A stretch of 64,000 bases of DNA, taken from positions 3,168,001 to 3,232,000 of the forward strand of contig OY820579.1 in the NCBI GenBank assembly GCA_963681965.1. The letters are read 5' to 3'. The translations under genes were made by a program, and so were the position numbers. This document shows positions 48,017 through 58,326 of this stretch, piece after piece. The notes below the pieces were generated by a model. The model was given only the letters and a program-made list of their open reading frames with translations, was not told the DNA's origin and made no database searches. This DNA is from a bacterium (lineage in GTDB: Bacteria; Electryoneota; JAOADG01). Every line of letters starts with the position of its first letter. Within the stretch, counting starts at the first letter, position 1.

Positions 48017-48744
48017 TCACTCAGACTCGATTGATCGGACCATCGTCGTATTACAAAATTTTGTTCCGCTTCGGATGCTAATCGATTGCGAATTTCCTGA
48101 GGCGCGATTGCCTGATTGACACTGACCTCGCCGATACTTTCCCGTCGAAGTTGCCACAGACAAGCTGCCGATCCTACCGCTTTACCGAGATCGTACGCCA
48201 GCGACCGAATATAAGTGCCCTTCGAACAACGAACTCGCAACGTCAAATCGGGTTCCGACCACGATAAAATGGACAACTCATGGAACGTAACCGCTCGAGC
48301 TGCCAATTCGATCGTCTGACCTTTTCGCGCAACATCGCAAGCTTTTCGACCACCAACTTTCAGTGCCGAAAACTGCGGTGGTACTTGCATCTGTTCGCCG
48401 ATAAAGCTTCGAACTGCCGTTTCAACGATCGTTTGTTCCGGTATGGGACCCTCGCCGATCGTCGTGCCAGTGCGATCGTACGTATCGGTAGCTAATCCAA
48501 ATCGAATCACGGCGTGATAAGTCTTATCGCAACCGCTCCATTCGTCGATCGTCTTCGTCGCCGATCGTCCCACAGCCACAATCAGCAATCCCGTTGCGAA
48601 CGGATCGAGCGTACCGGCATGACCGATTTTTTTTACCCCGAGTGCTTTGCGTAAATAAGCAACCACATCGAAGCTCGTCCAATCTTCCGGTTTATCGATC
48701 GCTAATAATAAATTATCCACGATCGATATTGTCGCGCTCGGCAT
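48013..48744 (-). CDS. truB: tRNA pseudouridine(55) synthase
   Basis: DKP..WTSFDVV, GHAGTLDPFATG, CSKGTYIRSL. Confidence 0.95.
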   Translation of the reverse strand: MPSATISIVDNLLLAIDKPEDWTSFDVVAYLRKALGVKKIGHAGTLDPFATGLLIVAVGRSATKTIDEWSGCDKTYHAVIRFGLATDTYDRTGTTIGEGPIPEQTIVETAVRSFIGEQMQVPPQFSALKVGGRKACDVARKGQTIELAARAVTFHELSILSWSEPDLTLRVRCSKGTYIRSLAYDLGKAVGSAACLWQLRRESIGEVSVNQAIAPQEIRNRLASEAEQNFVIRRWSDQSSLSE

Positions 48745-49090
48745 TGATTTTATCGATTAACTCTTCAATTCGGGCTGCTCGCTCGCCGCTCGGATCGTAT
48801 TCAAAGATCAATTCGGGTACCGATCGAATCGTCAGACCCTTTGCCACCGCATGCCGGAAAAAACCGGTATGGCGTACTAAATATTGTTTGTTAAACAGGA
48901 CATCGCCCGGAGTACCAAACACACTGTAATATACTTTAGCGGTTTTCAGGTCGCGGGTTACACTGACGGATGAGATGGAAACCATCCCATGCAACTTCGA
49001 TCGATGATCGCGTTCCAGTGTTTCCGCTACGATTCGCGATATTTCACCCGCGATTCGTGCCTGTCTGACCGATCCTTCTTTTAACGGCAT
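48713..49090 (-). CDS. rbfA: Ribosome-binding factor A
   Basis: V..DLKTAKVY, R..PELIF.YD; position between infB and truB. Confidence 0.92.
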   Translation of the reverse strand: MPLKEGSVRQARIAGEISRIVAETLERDHRSKLHGMVSISSVSVTRDLKTAKVYYSVFGTPGDVLFNKQYLVRHTGFFRHAVAKGLTIRSVPELIFEYDPSGERAARIEELIDKINAERDNIDRG

Positions 49091-49097
49091 TTATTCC

Positions 49098-49391
49098 TTA
49101 CCGCCACTGCTTTTCAGCCGAAACAACAACCACGTCGTCGCGATTGTTAATAATTCTCAACATTTCGTTCCAAGCGTTCTCGATATATCCCGCTTCGTTC
49201 GCAACCAAAACAGCAACAATCGTTGCCGTTTGCCAGGTATCGATACCGCCGGTTTCCGCTACGGATGCACCGGTCGATACTCTGATCCGTTCTTTGATCG
49301 AATTGATCGCCGAACGTTTGTCTTTCAATGATCGCGAAGACGGCAAATGCAAATCGAACTTTGCCCAACCGAGATAACCTTCTGAACTCAT
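49098..49391 (-). CDS. DUF503 (YlxP-like) protein
   Basis: SRSLKDKR, SVAE...D.WQ; typical position between infB and rbfA. Confidence 0.85.
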   Translation of the reverse strand: MSSEGYLGWAKFDLHLPSSRSLKDKRSAINSIKERIRVSTGASVAETGGIDTWQTATIVAVLVANEAGYIENAWNEMLRIINNRDDVVVVSAEKQWR

Positions 49392-49419
49392 TTTGTACGG
49401 ATCGATCCGCCTCAATTGG

Positions 49420-52400
49420 TTACATGACTAATTGTTCGGACAGCTTTCTCGCCTCGGCAACGGTATCGAATGCTTCGATCAGATCGCCGACTTTAATATC
49501 GTGGAAGCCATCGAGTACGATACCGCACTCAAATCCTTCCTTCACTTCGCGGACGGAATCCTTGAAGCGTTGGAGACTATTCAGCGAACCAGCCCACACT
49601 TCCACACCGTCGCGAAGCAAGCGAACTTTCGAAGACCGGGTAATTGTTCCGTTCTGAACGAAGCAACCGGCAATCGTGCCCACGCGCGAAATCTTGAAAG
49701 TCTCGCGAACCAGTACTGTGGCTCGGACAACTTCCTTGTAATCCGGTCGCAACATTCCTTCGAGTGCCGCTCGCACATCGTCGACGACATTGTAAATCAC
49801 TTTGTACAGTCGAATATCGATTTTCTCGCGTGCTGCGAGTTCCCGGGCATTCGGATTCGGGTGAACGTGGAAACCAATCACGATTGCGCGCGATGCGGCT
49901 GCCAGCAAGACATCCGATTCGGTAATTGCACCGACCGACTTGTGAATCACATTCACTTTCAATTCGGTTCCGGAGAGCTTCATCAAGGAATCGGCTAACA
50001 CTTCCACCGATCCGTCGGCATCGCCCTTGATCACGATATTCAATTCTTTGAAACCACTGCCAGCCGCCTGCTGCTTACTGAATTGTTCCAGTGTCATCAA
50101 GCGAACTTGTTTATACTGCTGTTCACGCTGTTGTTGCGTTCGACGATTGGCAACTTCTTTGGCTTCCCGTTCGGTACCGTATACCAGGAAGCGATCGCCT
50201 GCCTGCGGAATACCTGTGAAACCGACGACTTGAACCGGTTGACCGGGGAAACACTCGTCACGTCGATCGCCAACTTCATTCAACAACATCCGGATTTTTC
50301 CGAAATGCTGACCGGCAACAAATGCGTCGCCAACTCTTAGTGTACCGCGTTGGATCAACACCGTCGCCATCGTACCACGCCCCTTATCGAGTCGCGATTC
50401 CAAAACGACACCACGTGCTGGTCCTTCAAACACGGCTTTGATTTCGGCGATTTCGGCGGCAATCAGAATTTCATCGAGTAACTTCTCAATGAATAATCCC
50501 TTTTTCGCGGAAATTTCTGCACTTTGGTGTTTTCCGCCCCACTCTTCAATCAAGATCCCGCGATCGGCTAATTGTCGCTTAATCGTTTCCGGTGCCGCAT
50601 TCGGTTTGTCAATCTTGTTGATCGCGATGACGATCGGAACGTTCGCTGCGCGTGCGTGGTCGATTGCTTCCAACGTCTGAGGCATTACCTGATCGTCGGC
50701 AGCAACCACCAACACCACGATGTCGGTAATCTGCGCACCGCGGGCACGCATTGCGGTAAACGCTTCGTGACCGGGGGTATCGAGAAAAGTAATTCGTTGA
50801 TCGCGAATATTGACTTCGTAGGCGCCGATATGCTGCGTAATACCGCCATGTTCGCCACCGGCGACATTGGTTTTGCGCAGATAATCGAGCAACGTCGTTT
50901 TACCGTGATCGACGTGACCCATCACCGTAACGACTGGTTGACGTGGAAGAAGTTCGCCTTCTACATCTTCGACCTCTTCCTCTTCATCGTCGTCATCGGA
51001 AACAAATTCAACTTCGGTGCCATACTCGGCAGCTAACAACACCAGCGTGTCTTTGTCGAGACGTTGATTCAAAGTAACCAGCATGCCCATGCCGATACAC
51101 TTTTTGATCAATTCCGATGGTTCGATTTCAAGTAAATTCGCCAATTCGGCGGTAGTCACAAATTCGGTGATGCGGAGAACGTTCGTTTCAATTTCGACAC
51201 CGTCGTCGCGGACGATTCGTTTGCGTCGTTTCTTGACACGACGCCCTTCAGAAATCGCTGCAAGAGTCTGGCGTAATTGCGATTCAACTGCTTGTACGTC
51301 GACGCGCTTCGGCTTCGGACGACGACCTTTCGCCATTTCCGGTAACGCTGCCGGAACCACTCGTTCCTTCAACGCCTTCGATTTTACCCGGACAATTTCA
51401 TCGGCTTCGGCTTTGGTCAACTTGCTAAGGCGTTTCCACTTCTTCTCGCCTTCATCGGTCTTCTTCTCTTTATCGGCTGTAGTAGTTGTTTCTTTGTTCG
51501 CAGCCGGTTCAGCGATCTTAGGACCTTTGTGATTAGCTGGAATTGCCGACGGGGTCTGCTTTGGTTTGTCTTTATCGCGTTCCCGTTCCCGTTCGCGCTC
51601 TTTCTCTTTATTGACTTTGCCTTTGACCAGACTAGTCGGTGGCGCTTCCGGTTTACGTTGCCTTTTTTTCTCGCCGAACGAAACAATCTTCAAGCCTTTA
51701 TATTCCGGTAAAGGAATATGCTCTTTTACTTTCTCGCGCGGTTCCCGATTCTGTTCGGGTTCAACCGCTTTTACCGGTTCACGTTGTTCGGTAGGTCGTG
51801 CATTATCTCTGGGTCTACCACCTTCTCGGGGTCGATCATCGCGAGGACGATCATCACGCGGACGATCACCACGTGGACGCTCCTTCTGCGCAGCAGGAGC
51901 TGCTGCTTTAGGTGCTTCCGCTACGGGCGTTTCAACGCGAACCTTGACAGGTATTACTTCAGCAGGTATTTCAGTATCAACCGAAACTTGAACCGGAGAA
52001 ATCTCTGATTCAACCGGTTTTACCGTCTCAACTGATACTACTGCTTCAGCCGGGTGTTCTTCAATCGATACTTGCGGTACCGGTGTCACCTCAACCGGTG
52101 CTACGTCGGAAATTGGTAGTTCGGATTTGGGAGGGGTCATTTCTTCGGGAACTTCGACCGGTTCCAGTACCGGAGATTCCACCACTGGAATCGTTGACTG
52201 AACTGAAGTGTCGGGTTCCAATTGCGATTCGATCGATTCAAGTGGAGAGAGATCTTCATGGATTGACTGCTTTAACGTCTTCTCCCGAAGTTCCATTTCC
52301 TCGCGACGTTTTTGCTCGACTTCGAGATGCTTGCGGTTTTCTTCCATCCGATGGATTTCTTCCTGCATTCGAAGCCAGCGCGAACGATCGAATTCCTGTA

Positions 52401-52566
52401 GACAGGCTAAATAAAACTCTTCCGGCATTTTCCACGTTAGCATTGCCTGCGGTGGTTTCTTCGGAACGTTAAAATTCGCTTTCTGCAAGAACTCTAGAAT
52501 GTCCTTGTGCGTACGATGGAGTTCAGCCGAAACATCACTCAACTTGTACGATTTCTCTGCGTCCAA
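49420..52566 (-). CDS. infB: Translation initiation factor IF-2
   Basis: GHVDHGKTTLLD, GGITQHIGA, DTPGHEAF, NKID; long low-complexity N-terminus. Confidence 0.98.
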   Translation of the reverse strand: MDAEKSYKLSDVSAELHRTHKDILEFLQKANFNVPKKPPQAMLTWKMPEEFYLACLQEFDRSRWLRMQEEIHRMEENRKHLEVEQKRREEMELREKTLKQSIHEDLSPLESIESQLEPDTSVQSTIPVVESPVLEPVEVPEEMTPPKSELPISDVAPVEVTPVPQVSIEEHPAEAVVSVETVKPVESEISPVQVSVDTEIPAEVIPVKVRVETPVAEAPKAAAPAAQKERPRGDRPRDDRPRDDRPREGGRPRDNARPTEQREPVKAVEPEQNREPREKVKEHIPLPEYKGLKIVSFGEKKRQRKPEAPPTSLVKGKVNKEKERERERERDKDKPKQTPSAIPANHKGPKIAEPAANKETTTTADKEKKTDEGEKKWKRLSKLTKAEADEIVRVKSKALKERVVPAALPEMAKGRRPKPKRVDVQAVESQLRQTLAAISEGRRVKKRRKRIVRDDGVEIETNVLRITEFVTTAELANLLEIEPSELIKKCIGMGMLVTLNQRLDKDTLVLLAAEYGTEVEFVSDDDDEEEEVEDVEGELLPRQPVVTVMGHVDHGKTTLLDYLRKTNVAGGEHGGITQHIGAYEVNIRDQRITFLDTPGHEAFTAMRARGAQITDIVVLVVAADDQVMPQTLEAIDHARAANVPIVIAINKIDKPNAAPETIKRQLADRGILIEEWGGKHQSAEISAKKGLFIEKLLDEILIAAEIAEIKAVFEGPARGVVLESRLDKGRGTMATVLIQRGTLRVGDAFVAGQHFGKIRMLLNEVGDRRDECFPGQPVQVVGFTGIPQAGDRFLVYGTEREAKEVANRRTQQQREQQYKQVRLMTLEQFSKQQAAGSGFKELNIVIKGDADGSVEVLADSLMKLSGTELKVNVIHKSVGAITESDVLLAAASRAIVIGFHVHPNPNARELAAREKIDIRLYKVIYNVVDDVRAALEGMLRPDYKEVVRATVLVRETFKISRVGTIAGCFVQNGTITRSSKVRLLRDGVEVWAGSLNSLQRFKDSVREVKEGFECGIVLDGFHDIKVGDLIEAFDTVAEARKLSEQLVM

Positions 52567-52573
52567 ACCTACC

Positions 52574-53878
52574 TCACCCTTCGCGTGACGGTTGGTCGAA
52601 ATATACGACCAAATCTCTGATCAACGACTTCAGTGCTTCTTCATCCAACTTCAACATATCTTGCAATTGTTCCGGGTTTGAATCGAATAGACCCAACACC
52701 GCTTCAGCAGTTGCAATATTATTTTCCTGCAATCTTGCAACGATCCCTTCGGAGAGTCCAAAGACCTCACTGAGCGGCAATTCCTCGGCATAGTATGCCG
52801 ATTGTTTGATCGGTCGAATCATAAAATTCGGACCGACGATCTGCGAAGCCAATAAAATATTCTGATGACGACGTCCAATTGCCAATGCAATTTGATCGTC
52901 GGGTATTACTGCGACCGCGCCGGTGCCATTCGGATCGAATAAAATTTCTACCGGAGTGACCGGATTCATCGCACGTCGAATTAGTAATTCGCGGTCGTTC
53001 GTCCAAGCGATCACATCGATCTTTTCGCCATTCAATTCGCGTTGAATTGCTTGGATGCGAACGCCTTTCATACCGACACAAGCGCCGACTGGATCGATCC
53101 GTTTGTCGTTCGACTCGACGGCGATCTTCGTACGCTCGCCGGCATCGCGACTGACGGCATGAATCTCTATGATGTTATCCTGAATTTCCGGTACTTCCAG
53201 TTCAAACAGCCTGCGAACCAACAATTTGTCTTTGCGACTGACAATAATTTCCGGGTCTTTGTTGGTGCGTCGTACTTCCAGGATCACCGCTTTTACCGAA
53301 TCGCCGCGACGATATTTTTCGGTGCGAACCTGTTCGGATCGGGGAAAGAACAACTCAGCCTTTTCCACTGCGATACGAATGCCGTCGGGGTGAACTTGCC
53401 GGACTTCGCCGATGATGATTTCGCCAATTCGCTTTTCATAGGTTGCAAACAGGTTTTCCTGTTCCTGACCGCGAATCTTCTGAATCAACATCTGTCGCGT
53501 CGACTGAATTAATCGTCGTCCGAATTTCCGATAGTCAACGAAATCGACATAACTGCCACCGACTTCCCAATCGTTCTCGTCAAAATCGAAACCGTCGCGT
53601 TCGGCAATCAGCTTTTGTGCGCTGCGTGCCTTACTCACTTCGATTTCGAGTTCAGGGATTACCACCTTGCCATCCTCGACGATCGTCTTCTCGACATAAA
53701 TTTCGATGTCGCCCTTGTCGAAGTTGAAGACCACTTGGAACGGATCGCCCGATTCCAATTTGTACATCTTCTTCAACGCGGTTTTAAAGACGTCCTCCAA
53801 AATTGTCTGCAAGCGGTCGCGCTCCAGCGATTTCTCGCGGAGGATTCCCGAGATCGCTTCTACAATTTCGGTATTCAT
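52574..53878 (-). CDS. nusA: Transcription termination/antitermination factor NusA
   Basis: S1 and KH domains; LFELEVPEI, DPVGACVGMKGVRI. Confidence 0.96.
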   Translation of the reverse strand: MNTEIVEAISGILREKSLERDRLQTILEDVFKTALKKMYKLESGDPFQVVFNFDKGDIEIYVEKTIVEDGKVVIPELEIEVSKARSAQKLIAERDGFDFDENDWEVGGSYVDFVDYRKFGRRLIQSTRQMLIQKIRGQEQENLFATYEKRIGEIIIGEVRQVHPDGIRIAVEKAELFFPRSEQVRTEKYRRGDSVKAVILEVRRTNKDPEIIVSRKDKLLVRRLFELEVPEIQDNIIEIHAVSRDAGERTKIAVESNDKRIDPVGACVGMKGVRIQAIQRELNGEKIDVIAWTNDRELLIRRAMNPVTPVEILFDPNGTGAVAVIPDDQIALAIGRRHQNILLASQIVGPNFMIRPIKQSAYYAEELPLSEVFGLSEGIVARLQENNIATAEAVLGLFDSNPEQLQDMLKLDEEALKSLIRDLVVYFDQPSREG

Positions 53879-54369
53879 CGTCGCGTTCCTTTCGTCTTCA
53901 TATTTTTCTCCTGAACGGGAAAGATCACTTTACCATCGACAATGCGATCCCATGAGTATTCTACGGTCGATCCATCGTTGAGGGTTATGGTGATACCCGA
54001 TTCCGAAACGGCGGTCAATTTTCCCAATGGACCTTGTAATGCCGGTTCACCATGAACAGTTAATTGAAGATGTTGCCCGATCTGTTTGGCGAATTGCCAC
54101 GGTTTTTGGAACGGTCGATCCAGACCCGGCGACGATACATCCAAGCGGAAGTTGATCGACTCCGGTAATTTTGCCTGTAACCAAGTCACCAAAACGCGTG
54201 TTAAAAATGTGATGTCGTCGATCGTCAAACTGGATTCGCGTCGATCAACATATAGTCGCAACCACGGTGAACGTTGCACTGCCGAATGGGTAAAGTCGAT
54301 CCATTCGAATCCGTGTCGTGTTACTTCCGCCTGTAACTCATCGGTTATGCGGAGCCAATCGATCGCCAT
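53875..54369 (-). CDS. rimP: Ribosome maturation factor RimP
   Basis: LRLYVD, LDVSSPGLDRP; first gene of the nusA-infB operon; ATG 54369 preferred. Confidence 0.88.
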   Translation of the reverse strand: MAIDWLRITDELQAEVTRHGFEWIDFTHSAVQRSPWLRLYVDRRESSLTIDDITFLTRVLVTWLQAKLPESINFRLDVSSPGLDRPFQKPWQFAKQIGQHLQLTVHGEPALQGPLGKLTAVSESGITITLNDGSTVEYSWDRIVDGKVIFPVQEKNMKTKGTRR

Positions 54370-54462
54370 GTATCGAGAACCTTCGTGTGGGTAAATCGAT
54401 ATCGAAAATCGGAAATGCCGGGAATGCAGTAGTTCCGTATACGTATCGTCTAATAATACGAG

Positions 54463-54524
54463 AGGTGGGTCTATTGACCCACCTTCTCGACCCATAACAT
54501 AATACGTAATAACGGGGAATGCAA
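54463..54524 (-). promoter_or_regulatory. rimP promoter and rimP-leader-type hairpin
   Basis: Minus strand TTGCAT-17-TATGTT (54524-54496), then aggtgggtc-aata-gacccacct hairpin resembling the GGG...CCC rimP leader stem. Confidence 0.6.
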
Positions 54525-54594
54525 ATAATAACGGTTATATCTCTACTCGGATCGGAGCTTAAATCAAGTACCGTAATTATTGAATATTATTAGA

Positions 54595-55266
54595 TTAACG
54601 TCCCGTGCGCAGTAAAATATCATCACACTGCTGTTTTAACGTCGAAGTCGGGAAATCGTGCATCACCTTCAACGCGTTAAGTTTAGCCTTTTCACGGTCG
54701 TTCATATTCATTGCGACCCGGGCTGCGTCGTACAGCGCTTGAGCTGCGGTGATACCGGTCTTGTCCATCTCATAGACTTTAAGGAAGTGGTCGTAGGCTT
54801 CAGCTAATTTTCCTTGAGCTTCCAAACAAACGGCGATTCCGTTCGTAGCGCCAATTGCGCGAACACCGCTACTCCGCATTTTCAGGAAATCCCGGAAACT
54901 TTTCTCGGCATCGGCATATTTCGCTTCGACTAATTTGATTCTTCCGAGAGTTAACATCGCCTCTTCGGCAACATCAGTACCTTTACGGCGCTGAATCAAA
55001 GATTTCATTTTATCTGTTGCGGTGGAATACTCCCCTTTGCCCAGATACGAGCGAGCTTCCGCTAATTCGTAACCGGCATCGCGATTCGCATTGGCGCGTG
55101 AAATCGAAATCGCCCAAATCACGATTGCGATCGCTACAACACCTGCTGCACCGTACGCGACATAGCGCCAATTGGTCTCGAACCAGTCCTGAGCTTTCGC
55201 CATGAAAAGTGCAAATTCGTCTTCTTTTACTAATTTCTTAGCCGATTTGGTTTGTCCCGTCGTCAT
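54595..55266 (-). CDS. Membrane-anchored TPR protein (YfgM/TPR_21-like)
   Basis: 'K.LVKEDEF...WFE.N', one TM helix, then several TPR helix pairs. Confidence 0.75.
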   Translation of the reverse strand: MTTGQTKSAKKLVKEDEFALFMAKAQDWFETNWRYVAYGAAGVVAIAIVIWAISISRANANRDAGYELAEARSYLGKGEYSTATDKMKSLIQRRKGTDVAEEAMLTLGRIKLVEAKYADAEKSFRDFLKMRSSGVRAIGATNGIAVCLEAQGKLAEAYDHFLKVYEMDKTGITAAQALYDAARVAMNMNDREKAKLNALKVMHDFPTSTLKQQCDDILLRTGR

Positions 55267-55542
55267 CGAAAAAGGTTCCTCTCTGCTCTGAATCTCGTTA
55301 TTGCTTACAAACCTGTGAAGTTACAACAAATCTTGGGCGAATTCCAGTCAGGACGAATCCACTGGGCCGAAAGAAGTTGACATAATTATTTTTACAACCG
55401 TATTATACATACTTACAAACGACGCAATTCAATACTAAATCGAGAGGGTTACAAATAGTATAATCTTCGGTATTATACTGTAATTGCTCGCTTATAGTAG
55501 AATTTACTAGTAAAATATTCGACACTGCTATAGTCTTCGTTA

Positions 55543-57444
55543 CTACAAGTTTAAAGCCTTCAGCTTGGAAAGCATCCCTTTCGCTAATTCGTTCGATGGA
55601 TCGATTCGATTCGCTTTTTCGAAGTATTGAATCGCTTCTTTGATATCGCTGCTTTCAGTAGCTTTCGTGGAATTCTCTAAAATCAGCGAAGCTAACATCG
55701 CCCACGAATCGGCATTTTTCGGATGAACCTTAGTGAACTTTCGTGCGGCTTCTTTGGCTTGCGCGAATTGATCGGTCTTTGAGTAAGCGATCGTAAGTTG
55801 TTGGTAACCATCCGGTGATTTTGGAAGAATTCGAATGAAATTTTCGAAACAGACTATGGATCGTTTGTTTTTTTGTTTTATATACAATGAACCTAACAAT
55901 CCCCAGGCATCGCCGTTATTGGCATCGCTTTCGATCGCACGCTCGAACCATTCGATCGCCAAATCGATATTCCCGTTCCGATAGGCGTCGATTCCCATTT
56001 GTTTTGATTTTTCTGACGTCTGTTTAGTATTTGAAGTTTGAACCGGTGTTTCGGATTTAAGCGCAACATTTTGCTCTTTCAGTACTGCCACCACGTTGTG
56101 ATGTCCCTTCGCCTCCGCAATATCCTGTGGGGTGTTGCCACCGGCATCCCGATAGTCAACTTTCGCCCCTTTCTTGACTAAGTATTCGACAATGTCGGCA
56201 TGTCCTTTTAATGCCGCATAGTGTATCGGTCTGGCATTGAATTCACGCTCACCGATCTGATTTGGATCGATTCCCGCTTCGATAAGAATCATCACTACTC
56301 GCAAGTGACCGTTGCTCGCGGCATAATGAATGGCTCCCATCCCCGATCGATCGCGACTCATTTTATCAGCTCCGGCTTCGATTAATTGCTCGACAATCCG
56401 CGTTTGATTCCCCGCCGCAGCAAGAAGTAGCGGAGTTAGCAATTTAAAGCCTTCGACTGCATTCAGATCTACTTTCTGAGATAACAAAAATGATACAACA
56501 TTTCCGCTTCCACGATTCGCCGCGATGTGAAGTGCGGTACCGCCATCAACACGCATTTTGGGATCGACGCCGTGTGCCATCAACCATTTGATCGTTGCGC
56601 AGTCGTCATTCAAAGCAGCTCGAATTAGTATCGGTATACCATCTTTATCGTTTCCATATAGATCCATTTGTGGCAAAAGTGAATCGATTGTCGCATCATC
56701 GCGGGATTTGATCGCTCGATAAAGCTTTTCCACTAATGCTGGATCGACTCGTTTGCCACACGATGCGCATTTTCCATTAACCCAATTATGTTTTTTCCCG
56801 CAACGACGGCACTCGCATCGAACCCAGTCGTGACCCATTTCGCCGACCGTACCACATCTCGAACATTTGCACCCGACCCAAGAATGCCCTTCCTCCCGAA
56901 ACGATTTCTTTTTGCCGCAAATTTTACAGACGCACCAATCCCAATCGTGACCTAGTTCGCCAACAGTTCCACAAACAGAACATTTACACCCAACCCACTG
57001 ATGCCCTTGTTCACGAAAACTTTTCTTCTTTTTGCATTTCGTACATTGACAGCCCGACCACTGATGTTGGGATTTACAGATCGATCCACATCGTTCGCAC
57101 TTTTCGCAGTCTTTTGTGAAGTCATGTTGATCAGTACGTGTTGCTTTACAGATCGAACATTGCTCACAGTTCTTCGACCATTCATGCTGATTGGAGCGAG
57201 TAGTTTCGCATTTGGAACAATGTTCGCAATTCGACGACCAATTGTGTTGGTTTAATCTGGTCGCTCCGCAGGTGGAACACTGTTCACAATTTTTCGCCCA
57301 ATCGTGTTGATCGGATCGAGTTGTGTTGCACTTAACGCATTTTTCACAATTCTTCGACCAATCATGATCCTGATCGCGAATCGCACCGCAAGTAGTGCAG
57401 ATACAGCCTTCCCATTTATGCCCTAATAAACATGATAAGCCCAT
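55543..57444 (-). CDS. His/Cys-rich repeat + ankyrin repeat + TPR protein
   Basis: About 12 HxW..C..C..C units; ankyrin repeats (GTALHIAA, LTPLLLAA, RPIHYAA, GNTPQDIA); C-terminal TPRs. Confidence 0.85.
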   Translation of the reverse strand: MGLSCLLGHKWEGCICTTCGAIRDQDHDWSKNCEKCVKCNTTRSDQHDWAKNCEQCSTCGATRLNQHNWSSNCEHCSKCETTRSNQHEWSKNCEQCSICKATRTDQHDFTKDCEKCERCGSICKSQHQWSGCQCTKCKKKKSFREQGHQWVGCKCSVCGTVGELGHDWDWCVCKICGKKKSFREEGHSWVGCKCSRCGTVGEMGHDWVRCECRRCGKKHNWVNGKCASCGKRVDPALVEKLYRAIKSRDDATIDSLLPQMDLYGNDKDGIPILIRAALNDDCATIKWLMAHGVDPKMRVDGGTALHIAANRGSGNVVSFLLSQKVDLNAVEGFKLLTPLLLAAAGNQTRIVEQLIEAGADKMSRDRSGMGAIHYAASNGHLRVVMILIEAGIDPNQIGEREFNARPIHYAALKGHADIVEYLVKKGAKVDYRDAGGNTPQDIAEAKGHHNVVAVLKEQNVALKSETPVQTSNTKQTSEKSKQMGIDAYRNGNIDLAIEWFERAIESDANNGDAWGLLGSLYIKQKNKRSIVCFENFIRILPKSPDGYQQLTIAYSKTDQFAQAKEAARKFTKVHPKNADSWAMLASLILENSTKATESSDIKEAIQYFEKANRIDPSNELAKGMLSKLKALNL

Positions 57445-57732
57445 CCTGACCTCATGAATAGATTTGATTGCCTAAAAAAATAGCGCACTCAATGCACAGA
57501 AAATGAAAATTTGGTATGCGTATCCAGACATCTGATAAAAGCTACAAAACTTGATGTCAACTACTCGTAAAATATTCGCCACTCGATATATCTCGCAGCA
57601 TTCAAATCGTTAGTTTATGCGAACACCTAAATAACATAATTATAAATTTTTAATCAACTCTGGTTGGCAGCAAAAAAAATAATCATTGAATCACATATTA
57701 TATCTTAATATAGCAATTCTAAGACGTATGTT

Positions 57733-58131
57733 TCAATCGCTAGAAAAGACTTCTCCTGACCGTTGGGTATACCCTAGACGTCTAAAGGAATCAAATGCAC
57801 CGAACTTGAATTTGATCGCATGCGATTTTAACGCATATCGCGGTGGAAAATCGCGATCCATCGGGTCGAATCGGGTATTGTCGATGGGTTTCGTCGAATC
57901 GATCACGGAGGTTACAAGGGTAATACCATCGCGCTCGAGAAACCAGGTAAACCCATCGCGCCGCACCTCGCATTTGTAGAGGACAGCACTGTCCCACTGT
58001 CCCTTGTTCTCAGTAAACTGGAATGGGTGCGGTAACCTCGTCGATTGAACCGATACACCGAGCGCGAGATTTCCGCACAAAAGTGTGAGGATACTAATCA
58101 GGAATAGTCGAGAGAACTTGCGATTCATCAA
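57733..58131 (-). pseudogene. Truncated 5' remnant of a large secreted (SBBP-associated, FxENxGQW) protein
   Basis: Signal peptide and FTENKGQWD..V.Y motif typical of the N-terminus of much longer proteins; resemblance stops after KFKF and the ORF ends at 132 aa. Confidence 0.55.
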
Positions 58132-58326
58132 TGCACCTCGCGCAGTCGAGATAGTTCACGCAATGGGAAATTTATACTCATCAATATATCACATTCCGAT
58201 TGTTTGTAAAACTAATTGCAAACTATTTTCTAATTAATTCAACTAGCCAGTATGATGACATTGCTGATCAATCTGTAGATTCGGTTTCTCATTCTGAAGC
58301 ACTCACCCATCGAACGGTGTTGATCT

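Noticed and set aside
51570-51880. Short tandem repeats (RDDRP, ERER) inside infB
   Set aside because: Ordinary low-complexity sequence of the IF2 N-terminal region
52860-52890. NusA second KH loop reads GRRH instead of GxxG
   Set aside because: Single substitution in an otherwise normal NusA; significance cannot be judged from sequence alone
44543-53981. Numerous 60-270 aa antisense/alternate-frame ORFs over pnp, infB and nusA (also over ftsH and the EF-G gene)
   Set aside because: Shadow ORFs of highly expressed genes with no motifs or RBS support
56752-57444. Periodic ~60-bp pattern as a CRISPR array, or the Cys motifs as a multiheme cytochrome
   Set aside because: The periodicity is protein-level with divergent DNA and no identical direct repeats; motifs are H..C..C..C rather than CxxCH and there is no signal peptide
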